A program made the translations under genes and the position numbers. This document shows positions 9,463-18,759 of a DNA stretch of 64,000 nt, piece by piece. The stretch lies in contig JAYPIC010000001.1 of the NCBI GenBank assembly GCA_038127595.1, forward strand, positions 34,618-98,617. Direction: 5' to 3'. The stretch is from a bacterium. GTDB taxonomy: Bacteria > Fidelibacterota > Marinisomatia > Marinisomatales > UBA1611. A model generated the notes under the pieces. The model was given only the letters and a program-made list of their open reading frames with translations, was not told the DNA's origin and searched no databases. Position 1 is the stretch's first letter. The number at the start of each line of letters is the position of its first letter.

Positions 9463-10582
9463 TATCTTTTTCTGATATTATATGTTTTGCAGCTCTATCA
9501 AACACACCTGGAGATCCTAACTTTGTTCTTATTTTTTTATATTTTTCTATAGTCTCTTTTCGCTTTTTTGATGATGGTGAAAGGTATTCAAGTAAGTGGG
9601 GCAATATTTTTTTTGCAGTCATATCACTTTGAATAAGTTCAGGTATAATCTTTTCCTCTGAAATTAGATTTACTATTGATATGAAATTTACCTTCCCAAA
9701 TATTTTGAAAATCATCCAATTAATGTATGAGGTTTTATAGCAAACTATAGTTGGTATTTCTGCTAAGGCACATTCAAGATTTACAGTACCAGAACTGCTA
9801 ATTGCCGCAGTCCCATGCTTAAGTGCATTGGTAACAGAAGATTCAATTATTATAAAATCTGGGATATTTTTTATAATTACATTATTAGATTTGACAAGAC
9901 AAAATCTTAGTGAGGGCAATTTTTCCTTTAATAAAAAGATGGTTTCTAAAAAAACAGGCCAATGATTATTTATTTCTTGCTGTCTACTACCTGGAAGTAG
10001 AACCAATAACGAATCATCACTTTTTAAATTGTGTTTTTTAAGAAAAATTTTATCCTTATCTAGCTTGTAGTCTTCATCTAAAAAAGGATGTCCTGGATAG
10101 TATGTTTTCAATCCCTTCGAGTTATACCAGTTAGTTTCAAATGGGAAAATAGATATAAAATCTGAAATGTTTTCTTTCATAAATAAGATTCTATTTTCTT
10201 TCCAGGCCCATGTTTGAGGCAGAATGAAATATGTAATAGGAATGTCTAGATGTTTTATCTTTTTAACTAAACGCAAATTAAATCCCGGATAATCAATAAG
10301 TAGTAATTTATCAGGTCTTGAAATTTGAATTTCAGAAACTGTATCGTTTAAAATTTTGGATAGTCTATTGTAGTTTTTTAATACTTCTACAAAGCCCATT
10401 ACTGACATTGTGTCGATATGGTTTTTTACATGTACGCCCGCCTCTATCATTTTGTCCCCACCATTACCAATGAATTTTATATTTGGAGAAATTTTTTTTA
10501 ATGATAATACTAATTTTGCTGCATGGATATCCCCAGAAGGCTCGCCGGCAGATATAAAGAAAGTACTGATTTTATCACTCAT
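9452..10582 (-). CDS. lpxB: Lipid-A-disaccharide synthase
   Basis: SAGEPSGD, IDYPGFN, PQTWAW, PFE, GHP, LPGSR, SGT motifs. Confidence 0.95.
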   Translation of the reverse strand: MSDKISTFFISAGEPSGDIHAAKLVLSLKKISPNIKFIGNGGDKMIEAGVHVKNHIDTMSVMGFVEVLKNYNRLSKILNDTVSEIQISRPDKLLLIDYPGFNLRLVKKIKHLDIPITYFILPQTWAWKENRILFMKENISDFISIFPFETNWYNSKGLKTYYPGHPFLDEDYKLDKDKIFLKKHNLKSDDSLLVLLPGSRQQEINNHWPVFLETIFLLKEKLPSLRFCLVKSNNVIIKNIPDFIIIESSVTNALKHGTAAISSSGTVNLECALAEIPTIVCYKTSYINWMIFKIFGKVNFISIVNLISEEKIIPELIQSDMTAKKILPHLLEYLSPSSKKRKETIEKYKKIRTKLGSPGVFDRAAKHIISEKDNEK

Positions 10583-11172
10583 AAAAAGTTAAATAGAGAA
10601 ATAATCTGAGATTTAAATAATATTAAAATAAAAATTAACGATATGTTTTGAAGAGTTCGCTTTTCTGTTTTCAATGTCTTATATAAGTTTTGAGGTTCAA
10701 TTTTATTGCCGCTATCCCAGGGTTTAAGCTTTGGTAAAAGTTTGGGAACATTTTCAATGTACGATTCATATTCTTCTCCAAATTTTAATTTGAGAGTTTC
10801 TTCCTCTAAAGATATGATAAAATAATATTGAACCATGAAAAAGATTATGATTATCGAAACAAGTTGCCACATCCATTGTCCTCCCCCAAGAAATGCCACA
10901 CCAGCATAAATTATTATATTTCCCCAGTAGAGAGGGTTTCTTGTGTGAGAATAAGGCCCTGATGTACATAATGAAGGTGCGCCTACATTTCTAGTTCTAG
11001 TGGCTCCCCCAGCATAGCGAACAGCATTTATTCTAATTATTTCTCCAATGGCTATCAGTAAAATTCCTAATATGTTAAAAGGGATTATTGGTTGGCTGTT
11101 ATAAATGATTGCTAAGGCTATTGGGATTGGCGTATAGCTTCTAAATTTGAAAAATATGTTTCTGATATCCAT
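10579..11172 (-). CDS. Isoprenylcysteine carboxyl methyltransferase family membrane protein (possible LmtA-like lipid A phosphate methyltransferase)
   Basis: L.TSGPYSHTRNPLY.G and EEE.L..KFGEEY..Y...VP motifs; stop overlaps the lpxB start. Confidence 0.8.
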   Translation of the reverse strand: MDIRNIFFKFRSYTPIPIALAIIYNSQPIIPFNILGILLIAIGEIIRINAVRYAGGATRTRNVGAPSLCTSGPYSHTRNPLYWGNIIIYAGVAFLGGGQWMWQLVSIIIIFFMVQYYFIISLEEETLKLKFGEEYESYIENVPKLLPKLKPWDSGNKIEPQNLYKTLKTEKRTLQNISLIFILILFKSQIISLFNFL

Positions 11173-12164
11173 TAATTTAAATCCTCAAGAATCATTTCAT
11201 TAATTTTAATTACTACATCTAAAGCATTACGCGCTGCAATACCATCGACAATGGGTTTTTCTCTTTTTAGTATCGAGTTTACAAAGTTATCAAGCTCTGC
11301 ACGCAAAGGATCATATTCGTCGATCTCCGGTTTTTCGTAAATAATATATTTATTATCATTTTTTTCTGGAAATGGTTCAATATGCAACGCATTTTCAATT
11401 AGGTTTTTATCTTTTGTTATGTTATATATTTCTGTTTGAGATAATAATAAGTCTATTGTTGAATACAAATTTTCTTGAAAAATCTTAATTTTTCTAACTT
11501 TATCCTTTGCGACCCTGCTAGAAGTAATACTAGACACAGTTCCATTTTCAAATCGTATTCTTGCATGAGCAATATCTACAGAATTAGTTAAAATTGAAAC
11601 TCCGCTCGCATGAATACTTTTCACCTTTGATTGTACTAGTGATAATAATATATCAATGTCATGAATCATTAAATCAAGCACAACTGGAACATCAGTGCCC
11701 CTTACAGTGTATGGTGCAAGTCTTTGAATGTCTATAAATTTTGGACTTAGATCATATTTATCTAATACTTTAAGTGCAGGATTTAATCTTTCAATATGTC
11801 CAACTTGAATTATTAATTTTTTCTTTTTTGCTTCTTCAATTAATCTATCAGCCTGTATGGTTGTTTCAGTAATAGGTTTTTCAATAAAAACATTGCAATC
11901 AAAATTAGATATTGCATCCTTTGCTACGTCATAATGAAACTCGGTTGGAGTTACTATTGATATTGCATCGCATTTTTGCATCAATTCATTTGCTTTTTCA
12001 AAATATTTAGTATCATAGATAGTTGCTATTTTTTTACCTCTAACCGAATCAGTATCATACACACCTAATAGGTTAATATTGTTCATATTACTGTAATGCT
12101 TAACATGATGCTGCCCGAGGTGGCCTACACCTATTACTCCAATGCTTATCTTTTGCGATTTCAT
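11172..12164 (-). CDS. Gfo/Idh/MocA oxidoreductase, GnnA-like UDP-GlcNAc 3-dehydrogenase
   Basis: GVGHLGQHH, EKP, QVGHIERLNPA, DVPVVLDLMIHDID, ARIRFENG; first gene of the lpxB operon. Confidence 0.75.
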   Translation of the reverse strand: MKSQKISIGVIGVGHLGQHHVKHYSNMNNINLLGVYDTDSVRGKKIATIYDTKYFEKANELMQKCDAISIVTPTEFHYDVAKDAISNFDCNVFIEKPITETTIQADRLIEEAKKKKLIIQVGHIERLNPALKVLDKYDLSPKFIDIQRLAPYTVRGTDVPVVLDLMIHDIDILLSLVQSKVKSIHASGVSILTNSVDIAHARIRFENGTVSSITSSRVAKDKVRKIKIFQENLYSTIDLLLSQTEIYNITKDKNLIENALHIEPFPEKNDNKYIIYEKPEIDEYDPLRAELDNFVNSILKREKPIVDGIAARNALDVVIKINEMILEDLN

Positions 12165-12314
12165 AAGATTTAATATTTTTTAGATTTTAATATATATAAA
12201 GTTGTTGATTAATTAGTGAAATCTCCACAGAAATTATTGAGTAAAAAAACTTGCATTTAGTGTTTAAATAAATCAATTTTAGATGTAATTCGTAGGTAAA
12301 ATCGGAGTTTCGTT

Positions 12315-12968
12315 ATGAATAACGATGTTAAATCCGGGTTTGGGTATATTATACCTTTTGGAGCTATTATAGGTTTCTTTACAGCTTTATTTCTCGGTGA
12401 ATTTTTAATTAGTGTTGTCATTGCTATAGCAGGCATTCTTGTGTGGTTCTTGTATATGGTTGTAATGGAGTCTTCTCCACCATCTAACCTCGGGAATCTG
12501 ATCATCTTTTTTGGTGTCCTGTTATCAGTGGGCGTCTTTATGGGTTTTGGTGTCTCTCAAAATATGTGGGGAGGGGTAGAATTCGTATCTGAAGGTTCAC
12601 TTTTTGCTTTAGTTATTTTATTTTTTTCTGTCCTTACCGGTATGCTTTTTAGGGGACAGCCTATCATTCAACAAACCAATCCATCATATGATTTGAATGC
12701 TCAGGAAAAAAAATTGGTTGAGGATGCTTTAAAAAACGAAGGTCAAAATTCTAGTTCTTCTGACCCTAAAGTTATTGTTGTAAAGCAAGAAGCGAACTCT
12801 CAAGATAAGGAAGATGCCACAGCTAAAGCTAAGGAGCTTGTGCCAGAAGCAGCTACTCATCAATATAATAATCCCTACGTGTATGCTTACCCGCCTGAGT
12901 ATTATTATGATGAAGATGATTATGAAGACGATTATGAGGACGAATATGAAGACGACTACGAAGAGTAG
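12315..12968 (+). CDS. Hypothetical membrane protein (about 4 TM) with Tyr/acidic C-terminal tail
   Basis: Four hydrophobic segments; GGAG RBS upstream; ends YYYDEDDYEDDYEDEYEDDYEE. Confidence 0.7.
   Translation: MNNDVKSGFGYIIPFGAIIGFFTALFLGEFLISVVIAIAGILVWFLYMVVMESSPPSNLGNLIIFFGVLLSVGVFMGFGVSQNMWGGVEFVSEGSLFALVILFFSVLTGMLFRGQPIIQQTNPSYDLNAQEKKLVEDALKNEGQNSSSSDPKVIVVKQEANSQDKEDATAKAKELVPEAATHQYNNPYVYAYPPEYYYDEDDYEDDYEDEYEDDYEE
12907..12965 (+). repeat. Imperfect 12-bp tandem repeat (consensus near TATGAAGACGAT) encoding YEDD units
   Basis: tatgatgaagatgat-tatgaagacgat-tatgaggacgaa-tatgaagacgac-tacgaagag. Confidence 0.75.
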
Positions 12969-12985
12969 TTTATAAAATAAGTATT

Positions 12986-14086
12986 TTATACATTGAATTT
13001 GAAAAAGATGCAATCGCCATCTTTTACAATGTAGTCTTTACCCTCTGTTCTTGATAACCCCAAATTTGATAGTGCAGTTTCTGATCCATGTACTATTAGA
13101 TCGTCATAACTGAAGACCTCGGCTTTGATAAATCCTCTTTCAAAATCACTATGGATTACGCCAGCTGATTGCTTAGCAGTATAGCCTTTCCGTATTGTCC
13201 ATGCTCTTACTTCTGATGGCCCACCTGTAAAATAAGTCTGAAGTCCTAATAGATTGAAGCTAGTTTTTACAATTTTATTCAATCCTGATTCATTTAAATT
13301 ATATTCTGCCAGAAAAAGTTTTTCTTCTTCCTTAGACAGTGTTGATATTTCTTGTTCTATAGAGGCACAAACTTTTACAACGCTACTATTTTTTGAAGAT
13401 GCATAATTAATTAATGCTTCTAGATTTTTATTGGTATTATCATTAGCAATGTCTTCTTCACTAATGTTCGCTACGTAAAGAATTGGCTTATTTGTTAAAA
13501 GATGAAATGTCTTCAATACTTCAAGCTCTTCAGCGTTATACTCTAGGCTATTTGCCCAAAATCCCTCACCGCAGTGATTAACTAATTTTTCAAGAAGCTC
13601 TGCTTCAAATTTTAATTTTTTATCTCCATTCTTTGCTAAACGTTTTGTCTTATCAAATTTTCTTTCGAGCGAATCTAAATCTGAAAGTAATAATTCTGTT
13701 TCAATTATCTCAGCATCTCTTACAGGATCAACAGATCCATTAACATGTACAATACCTGAATCATCAAAACATCTTACAACGTGAATGATCGCAGATGTTT
13801 CTCTTATCTGGCCTAAGAATTTGTTTCCTAATCCTTCACCTTTATTTGCTCCTTGAACTAATCCTGCAATATCTATGAACTCAACTGTTGCTGGAATTAC
13901 TTTCTCAGGATTATATATGTCTTTAAGTTTTTCTAATCTTTCATCTGGAAGATTTACGATGCCCACATGAGGGTCTATTGTACAAAAAGGGAAGTTTTCA
14001 GCTGGAGCATTTGATTTTGTTAGCGCATTAAACAGGGTTGACTTGCCAACATTTGGAAGTCCTACTATACCACATTTTAATGACAT
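12986..14086 (-). CDS. ychF: Redox-regulated ribosome-binding ATPase YchF
   Basis: GIVGLPNVGKSTLFN, NFPFCTIDP, DIAGLV, GEGLGNKFL, AGVIHSDFERGFI. Confidence 0.97.
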   Translation of the reverse strand: MSLKCGIVGLPNVGKSTLFNALTKSNAPAENFPFCTIDPHVGIVNLPDERLEKLKDIYNPEKVIPATVEFIDIAGLVQGANKGEGLGNKFLGQIRETSAIIHVVRCFDDSGIVHVNGSVDPVRDAEIIETELLLSDLDSLERKFDKTKRLAKNGDKKLKFEAELLEKLVNHCGEGFWANSLEYNAEELEVLKTFHLLTNKPILYVANISEEDIANDNTNKNLEALINYASSKNSSVVKVCASIEQEISTLSKEEEKLFLAEYNLNESGLNKIVKTSFNLLGLQTYFTGGPSEVRAWTIRKGYTAKQSAGVIHSDFERGFIKAEVFSYDDLIVHGSETALSNLGLSRTEGKDYIVKDGDCIFFKFNV

Positions 14087-14632
14087 TTAAAAAGAATCTA
14101 GCGATGGATCTTTGCCAAAGTCATAAACTAAATTATCAAAGATTCCAACTTGAAGATTTTTTGCTGTGTAGATTTTTTTATCATCAGCTTGCATTTCAGC
14201 ATCAGCCCATATCATCGATTTAGATCTAGTAATTAATTTTTTAATGCTAACATTATAAATTATTTTTTTATGGTACGGCCTTACTTGGCCACGGAATTTT
14301 ACATCCCCAACGCCTAATGCTCTTCCTTTACCAATTGCTCCACTCCAAGTGAGGAAGAATCCTACTAATTGCCACATTCCATCAAGGCCTAAACAGCCAG
14401 GCATTACCGGGTCCCCTTTGAAGTGACAATGAAAAAACCATAATTCCTCTGTGATATCCATTTCAGCTAGGATTGAGCCTTTATCATATGCTCCACCTTC
14501 ATTACTTATATTTAAAATTCTGTCAATCATCAACATGGGTTCGAGAGGAAGTTTGGCATTATCTTGACCAAACATATCTCCATTTGCCATGGATAATAGT
14601 TCTTGTTTATTAAATGAATTTTTCTGACTCAT
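14087..14632 (-). CDS. fabA: 3-hydroxyacyl-ACP dehydratase/isomerase FabA
   Basis: PMLMIDRI, WFFHCHFKGDPVMPGCLGLDGMWQLVGFFL, GKGRALGVG (His/Asp dyad of FabA type). Confidence 0.92.
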   Translation of the reverse strand: MSQKNSFNKQELLSMANGDMFGQDNAKLPLEPMLMIDRILNISNEGGAYDKGSILAEMDITEELWFFHCHFKGDPVMPGCLGLDGMWQLVGFFLTWSGAIGKGRALGVGDVKFRGQVRPYHKKIIYNVSIKKLITRSKSMIWADAEMQADDKKIYTAKNLQVGIFDNLVYDFGKDPSLDSF

Positions 14633-14760
14633 ATGGTTATTTTCCTTTTATTGCGACTTCATTTAGCTTAATAAATTATTACTTATTTGTGAATTAAGCA
14701 TTTGAATCTATTTAGTAATTGAAATTTTGGTAATTTATATGATAAAAATTTGGAGGAAAT

Positions 14761-15543
14761 ATGTCTAAATGGGCTTTGATATTAGGCGCATCAACAGGTC
14801 ATGGTGGAGCAACAGCAATTAGCTTAGCTGAAAAAGGTTACGGAATACTTGGTTTTCATTTTGATCGCGGTGAGACAAAAAAAGAAGCAGAAAAAACAAT
14901 TTCCAAGGTAAGTGAATTAAATGGGGGTATGTGCCACTATTGGAATACAAATGCTGCATCTGAAGAAACTATGGAAAAATATATTCCAGAAATAAAAGAG
15001 GTAGTTGGAGATGGTCACTTAAAATTATTATTGCATTCTATTGCTTTTGGTACGACAACAAATTTTTTTGGAGACAAACCGGTTACTCAACGTCAAATGG
15101 ATATGACAGTACATGTTATGGGTAACTCGTTACTTTACTGGACGCAAAAACTATTTAACCAAAAACTACTTTCTAATGGTTCTAGAATTATAGGACTAAC
15201 CAGCGAAGGGAATTATCTTGCGATGGAAGGGTATGGTCCTGTAAGTGTTGCTAAAGTTGCGATGGAAGCAATAATTAGGCAGATTGGATGGGAGTTAGGT
15301 GAATTTGGAATCACAGCTAACTCTATTCAGGCAGGTATAACACCTACTCGTGCATTAACAAAAATAACAGATAGATGGGAGACATGGGTTGAAAATACAA
15401 AGAAAAGAAACCCTATGCGTCGCACAACTACACCTAATGATGTAGCTAATGCTGTTAAGTTATTGATGGAACCAGAAGCTGATTTTATAAATTGCTCAAT
15501 TATATACTGTGATGGAGGTGAGCACAGGTCGGGCTCGTTTTAA
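14761..15543 (+). CDS. SDR oxidoreductase, probable enoyl-ACP reductase (FabL-like)
   Basis: LILGASTGHG, LHSIAFG, TSEG, YGPVSVAK, PMRRTTTP.DVA, DGG; divergent from fabA. Confidence 0.7.
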   Translation: MSKWALILGASTGHGGATAISLAEKGYGILGFHFDRGETKKEAEKTISKVSELNGGMCHYWNTNAASEETMEKYIPEIKEVVGDGHLKLLLHSIAFGTTTNFFGDKPVTQRQMDMTVHVMGNSLLYWTQKLFNQKLLSNGSRIIGLTSEGNYLAMEGYGPVSVAKVAMEAIIRQIGWELGEFGITANSIQAGITPTRALTKITDRWETWVENTKKRNPMRRTTTPNDVANAVKLLMEPEADFINCSIIYCDGGEHRSGSF

Positions 15544-15552
15544 ATGAAAATT

Positions 15553-15939
15553 TTAAGAAGAACTCTTCTTATTTTGAAGTTCTATTTTTTCTTTTATTAA
15601 CTCTACTAGCTCATGAGTATCTGGAGAAGGAGATAAATCAAAACTATTTTCTGCTTCTCTAAGTGCGTATTCCCACCATCCTTTTTTAGTATAAGATAGT
15701 GCTAATTTAAAGTGAGCTGTCCCTAAAATCTTAAATTGTTCTCTGTCTAATTTGCTATGATCTGGAGGCAGTAATCTACTTACTTCACGATATTCTGTAA
15801 TGGCATCATCAATAAGTCCTTTTTGAAGGTACCAGTTACCAAGCTCAAGGTGTTGTTCTGGATCTTTTTCGCAAGCATATATTGAAAATAATGCTAGTGC
15901 TATTAAACCTTGTTTAAAATATTGTTTATATAAATTCAT
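15553..15939 (-). CDS. Small TPR lipoprotein
   Basis: Lipobox-like SIYAC; TPR helices HLELGNWYLQKG and AHFKLALSY; start set at ATG 15939. Confidence 0.7.
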   Translation of the reverse strand: MNLYKQYFKQGLIALALFSIYACEKDPEQHLELGNWYLQKGLIDDAITEYREVSRLLPPDHSKLDREQFKILGTAHFKLALSYTKKGWWEYALREAENSFDLSPSPDTHELVELIKEKIELQNKKSSS

Positions 15940-15995
15940 AATTATAAGCACTTAATATTGAAGTTCATGCATTCTAAAATCAAGAAGAAAATCAA

Positions 15996-17243
15996 TTAAA
16001 TGTGTAATTTATTATAACCGGGGTCTTTAACAAAAAATAATAGCAATACTATAGAAATAAATAAACAGGCGCCTATTATATAGAATGAAAGAAGGAATAG
16101 TCCTTTATTTACTAAAAATCCAATTCCAAACAAAAATAAAATAGCAAATGGTGCTAAAAATGAATCTATAAGAGCCATATATGTTTTTTTATCTTTATCC
16201 TTAGCAAAATCGTAAATTAAATTCATAGCAGATGGCATAAATGCACCTTGACCAGCACCGATGAAAATAAATATACAATATACGATAAACATGTTTTTTG
16301 AGAAAAGTGCTGAAATAACTGCTAAAAAATGAAATAAATAAGCTAAAAGCATACTTGTTTTATGACCATATTTATCTCCTAAGTACCCTGACGCATAGCT
16401 AAAGACTCCCATAGAAATGACATTTAGTATTGTAAATAATCCCACCTCGCTGATATTAAAGTTGAATTTATTTTGGCAATATACTGCGTAGAGACCCATT
16501 GCAGGAAGAGTTGCGCAGTAAAATATTCTAGAAAAAAGATATCTGTGAAAATTTGTTCTTTTCAATATGACCTCTTTTATATCTTTTTTAAATGCTGTTA
16601 GGGACTTTTTTTTGATCTCATTTTCTTTTTCTTTGTAAAAATAAAAAACAAAGGTGCCTATTGCTAAACTGAAAAATAAAATGATGAAACCAATACCAAA
16701 ATTTCTAGGGAATTGAATATTTTTTTCTAATATGTTTTTTAAAGCAATTCCGCCTGTAAGAGCACCGATACTATTGAAAGCAAATCCAACACCAAAAAAC
16801 TTTCCCCTTAAAGATTTATTTGTAGTTTTTTCTAAAAAATCAGCCCAAATAGGAACGATTATGCCAATCGCTAGAGCATAAGCGATAAAAAGTGTAAAGT
16901 AAATTTTCCAAGCATTTGGGTTTTTAATTATATCAGAAAATGTAAAAACATATCCCATTATAAAAGCTACAAATAAAATTATGCAGTGAACGCTGATGAC
17001 GAGTTTCTTTGTATTAGTAATGTTTCTAGTCAAAGCTGCTATAATTAACATTGGCAGTGCAATTATGATAGAAAATATTCCCGCTGAAGATGTCGCAATT
17101 ACTTCTGGGGCTCCTAGCTCTTTCAAAAAAAGAGGAACGACAGCATAAACAGTATGAAATGAGCTTCCAAATCCCCAAAAAAATTCATGAATGTTATTAA
17201 ATTTTTGATTTTGATAATGATGGGTGATTTTAAGATCATTCAT
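15996..17243 (-). CDS. MFS transporter
   Basis: About 12 TM helices; GYLGDKYGHK motif; ATG at 17243 overlaps the upstream stop (ATGAATGA). Confidence 0.85.
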   Translation of the reverse strand: MNDLKITHHYQNQKFNNIHEFFWGFGSSFHTVYAVVPLFLKELGAPEVIATSSAGIFSIIIALPMLIIAALTRNITNTKKLVISVHCIILFVAFIMGYVFTFSDIIKNPNAWKIYFTLFIAYALAIGIIVPIWADFLEKTTNKSLRGKFFGVGFAFNSIGALTGGIALKNILEKNIQFPRNFGIGFIILFFSLAIGTFVFYFYKEKENEIKKKSLTAFKKDIKEVILKRTNFHRYLFSRIFYCATLPAMGLYAVYCQNKFNFNISEVGLFTILNVISMGVFSYASGYLGDKYGHKTSMLLAYLFHFLAVISALFSKNMFIVYCIFIFIGAGQGAFMPSAMNLIYDFAKDKDKKTYMALIDSFLAPFAILFLFGIGFLVNKGLFLLSFYIIGACLFISIVLLLFFVKDPGYNKLHI

Positions 17244-18132
17244 TTGAATTCTCTTGAGCAAGTAGAGTAGTTGATAGCAGTAGAAAGGTAGCTCCAAGCA
17301 GTTGCATGAATGCAAGTGATTCACCATTTCTTATCCAATCAATGATCACAGCAGACAAAGGCCAAAACAGTTCAAACAGAGTAGTATGGGACGCAGGGAG
17401 TTTATTTAAGCCGTAGTAGTATATAAAAAGAGCGAATGTTCCGCTAGAAAGAACAATGATGATTATCATACTCCATTGATTTAATGATATATCAACATTT
17501 AAAATTTCAAAATTAAAAATAATTATTATTATTAGACTGATTAGTGTTGTAACGGCTAATCGCAATCCTGTGACTGCACTGTAGTGTAAGCTTACTAAAG
17601 CTTTTTTAGCTATAGCAGTAGAACTACCCCAACAAAAAGCGGCCAATAATGCAAGTAGTGCAGCTATTAAAGTATTATCATCCCAATTAGGTACTGAATT
17701 TTTACCAAATGTAACTAAATAACCACCAATGATTGCTAAAAAAGCTAATAGTATATACTTTTTGGATAATTTTTCCTTAAGGATAATGGCTGCTAACGAC
17801 ATAGCAAAAACAGGTTGTAGTTTTTGAAGCAAGACTACAATAGATAGATCAATATATCCAACGTAGCTCAATGCTTTTGTATAAAAATATGTACCACCCA
17901 TCCCTCCTAAAATAGATATCCATAATATTGATATCCATCCAGACTGCAGAAGTCCTTTTATATCATTCCAATATTTTTTTAGAAAAGGAATGAAAATTAA
18001 GGTGCCTACACCGTGCTCAATGGTTATTATTAGTAGCGCTGGGAGTGCGTAGAGTGATTGCCTTAGTAAGGCATCAACGCTCCAAAGTAAGGCTGCAAAT
18101 ATTACCGCAAGATGTGGGGCGTATTTATACAT
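17236..18132 (-). CDS. EamA/DMT family transporter
   Basis: About 10 TM in two repeats; LQPVF....A..IL.EKL; ELFWPL. Confidence 0.85.
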   Translation of the reverse strand: MYKYAPHLAVIFAALLWSVDALLRQSLYALPALLIITIEHGVGTLIFIPFLKKYWNDIKGLLQSGWISILWISILGGMGGTYFYTKALSYVGYIDLSIVVLLQKLQPVFAMSLAAIILKEKLSKKYILLAFLAIIGGYLVTFGKNSVPNWDDNTLIAALLALLAAFCWGSSTAIAKKALVSLHYSAVTGLRLAVTTLISLIIIIIFNFEILNVDISLNQWSMIIIIVLSSGTFALFIYYYGLNKLPASHTTLFELFWPLSAVIIDWIRNGESLAFMQLLGATFLLLSTTLLAQENSNE

Positions 18133-18141
18133 ATTGTTGCG

Positions 18142-18690
18142 TTAGCTATAGCCCGAAGTATTACTAATATCACCAATTTCGATACCTAGAGAGTTAGTTG
18201 CAATGATCCAAATGTTATCAGTTTTTTGCTCAAAAATTATAGAGGTGCTTGATTTTTGAATTAGCCAATCTCCATTTTCTATTTCCCTTTCAAGCTGGCC
18301 ACTATCCCAACCTGCATGTCCTAAGAATAGTTTGCTCTTAACACCTTTTGATTTTTGAATTGAGGATAATAGCTCAATATTCCCTGAAATTGATACTTCA
18401 TCACTGACAGGCACTGATTTGCTTGATTCATTATTTGTATGCAAAAAAAGAACCCTATCTGTTAGCACTGGGCCACCTATGTGAAGATAATTTTCTTCAA
18501 GATATTTATTTAAATCAATATCTGAGCTTGAATCTTTTAAAGTAAGGTTATTTTTTTTTATCGCCTTATTAATTATAAGACCCATTGCGCCTGTTTTATC
18601 ATGTTCGCACAAATAGACTACAGACTTTTCAAAAAAAGGATCTTTTAAGTGTGGTACAGATATTAAAAAATGGTTTTTTAAAGAGTTCAT
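18142..18690 (-). CDS. YqgE/AlgH family protein
   Basis: DPFFEKSVVYLCEH..GAMGLIIN, GGPV, GHAGW..GQLERE. Confidence 0.92.
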   Translation of the reverse strand: MNSLKNHFLISVPHLKDPFFEKSVVYLCEHDKTGAMGLIINKAIKKNNLTLKDSSSDIDLNKYLEENYLHIGGPVLTDRVLFLHTNNESSKSVPVSDEVSISGNIELLSSIQKSKGVKSKLFLGHAGWDSGQLEREIENGDWLIQKSSTSIIFEQKTDNIWIIATNSLGIEIGDISNTSGYS

Positions 18691-18759
18691 GAAGTTATTT
18701 TTTAAAAAAGATTATCTAAGAGTTTTGGCGCTGGGTTCTTATTAGACGTAATATAAAGG

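Noticed and set aside
12907..12965. Tandem repeat as a possible CRISPR or contingency locus
   Set aside because: In-frame degenerate 12-mer coding repeat with no spacers; no cas genes in the window
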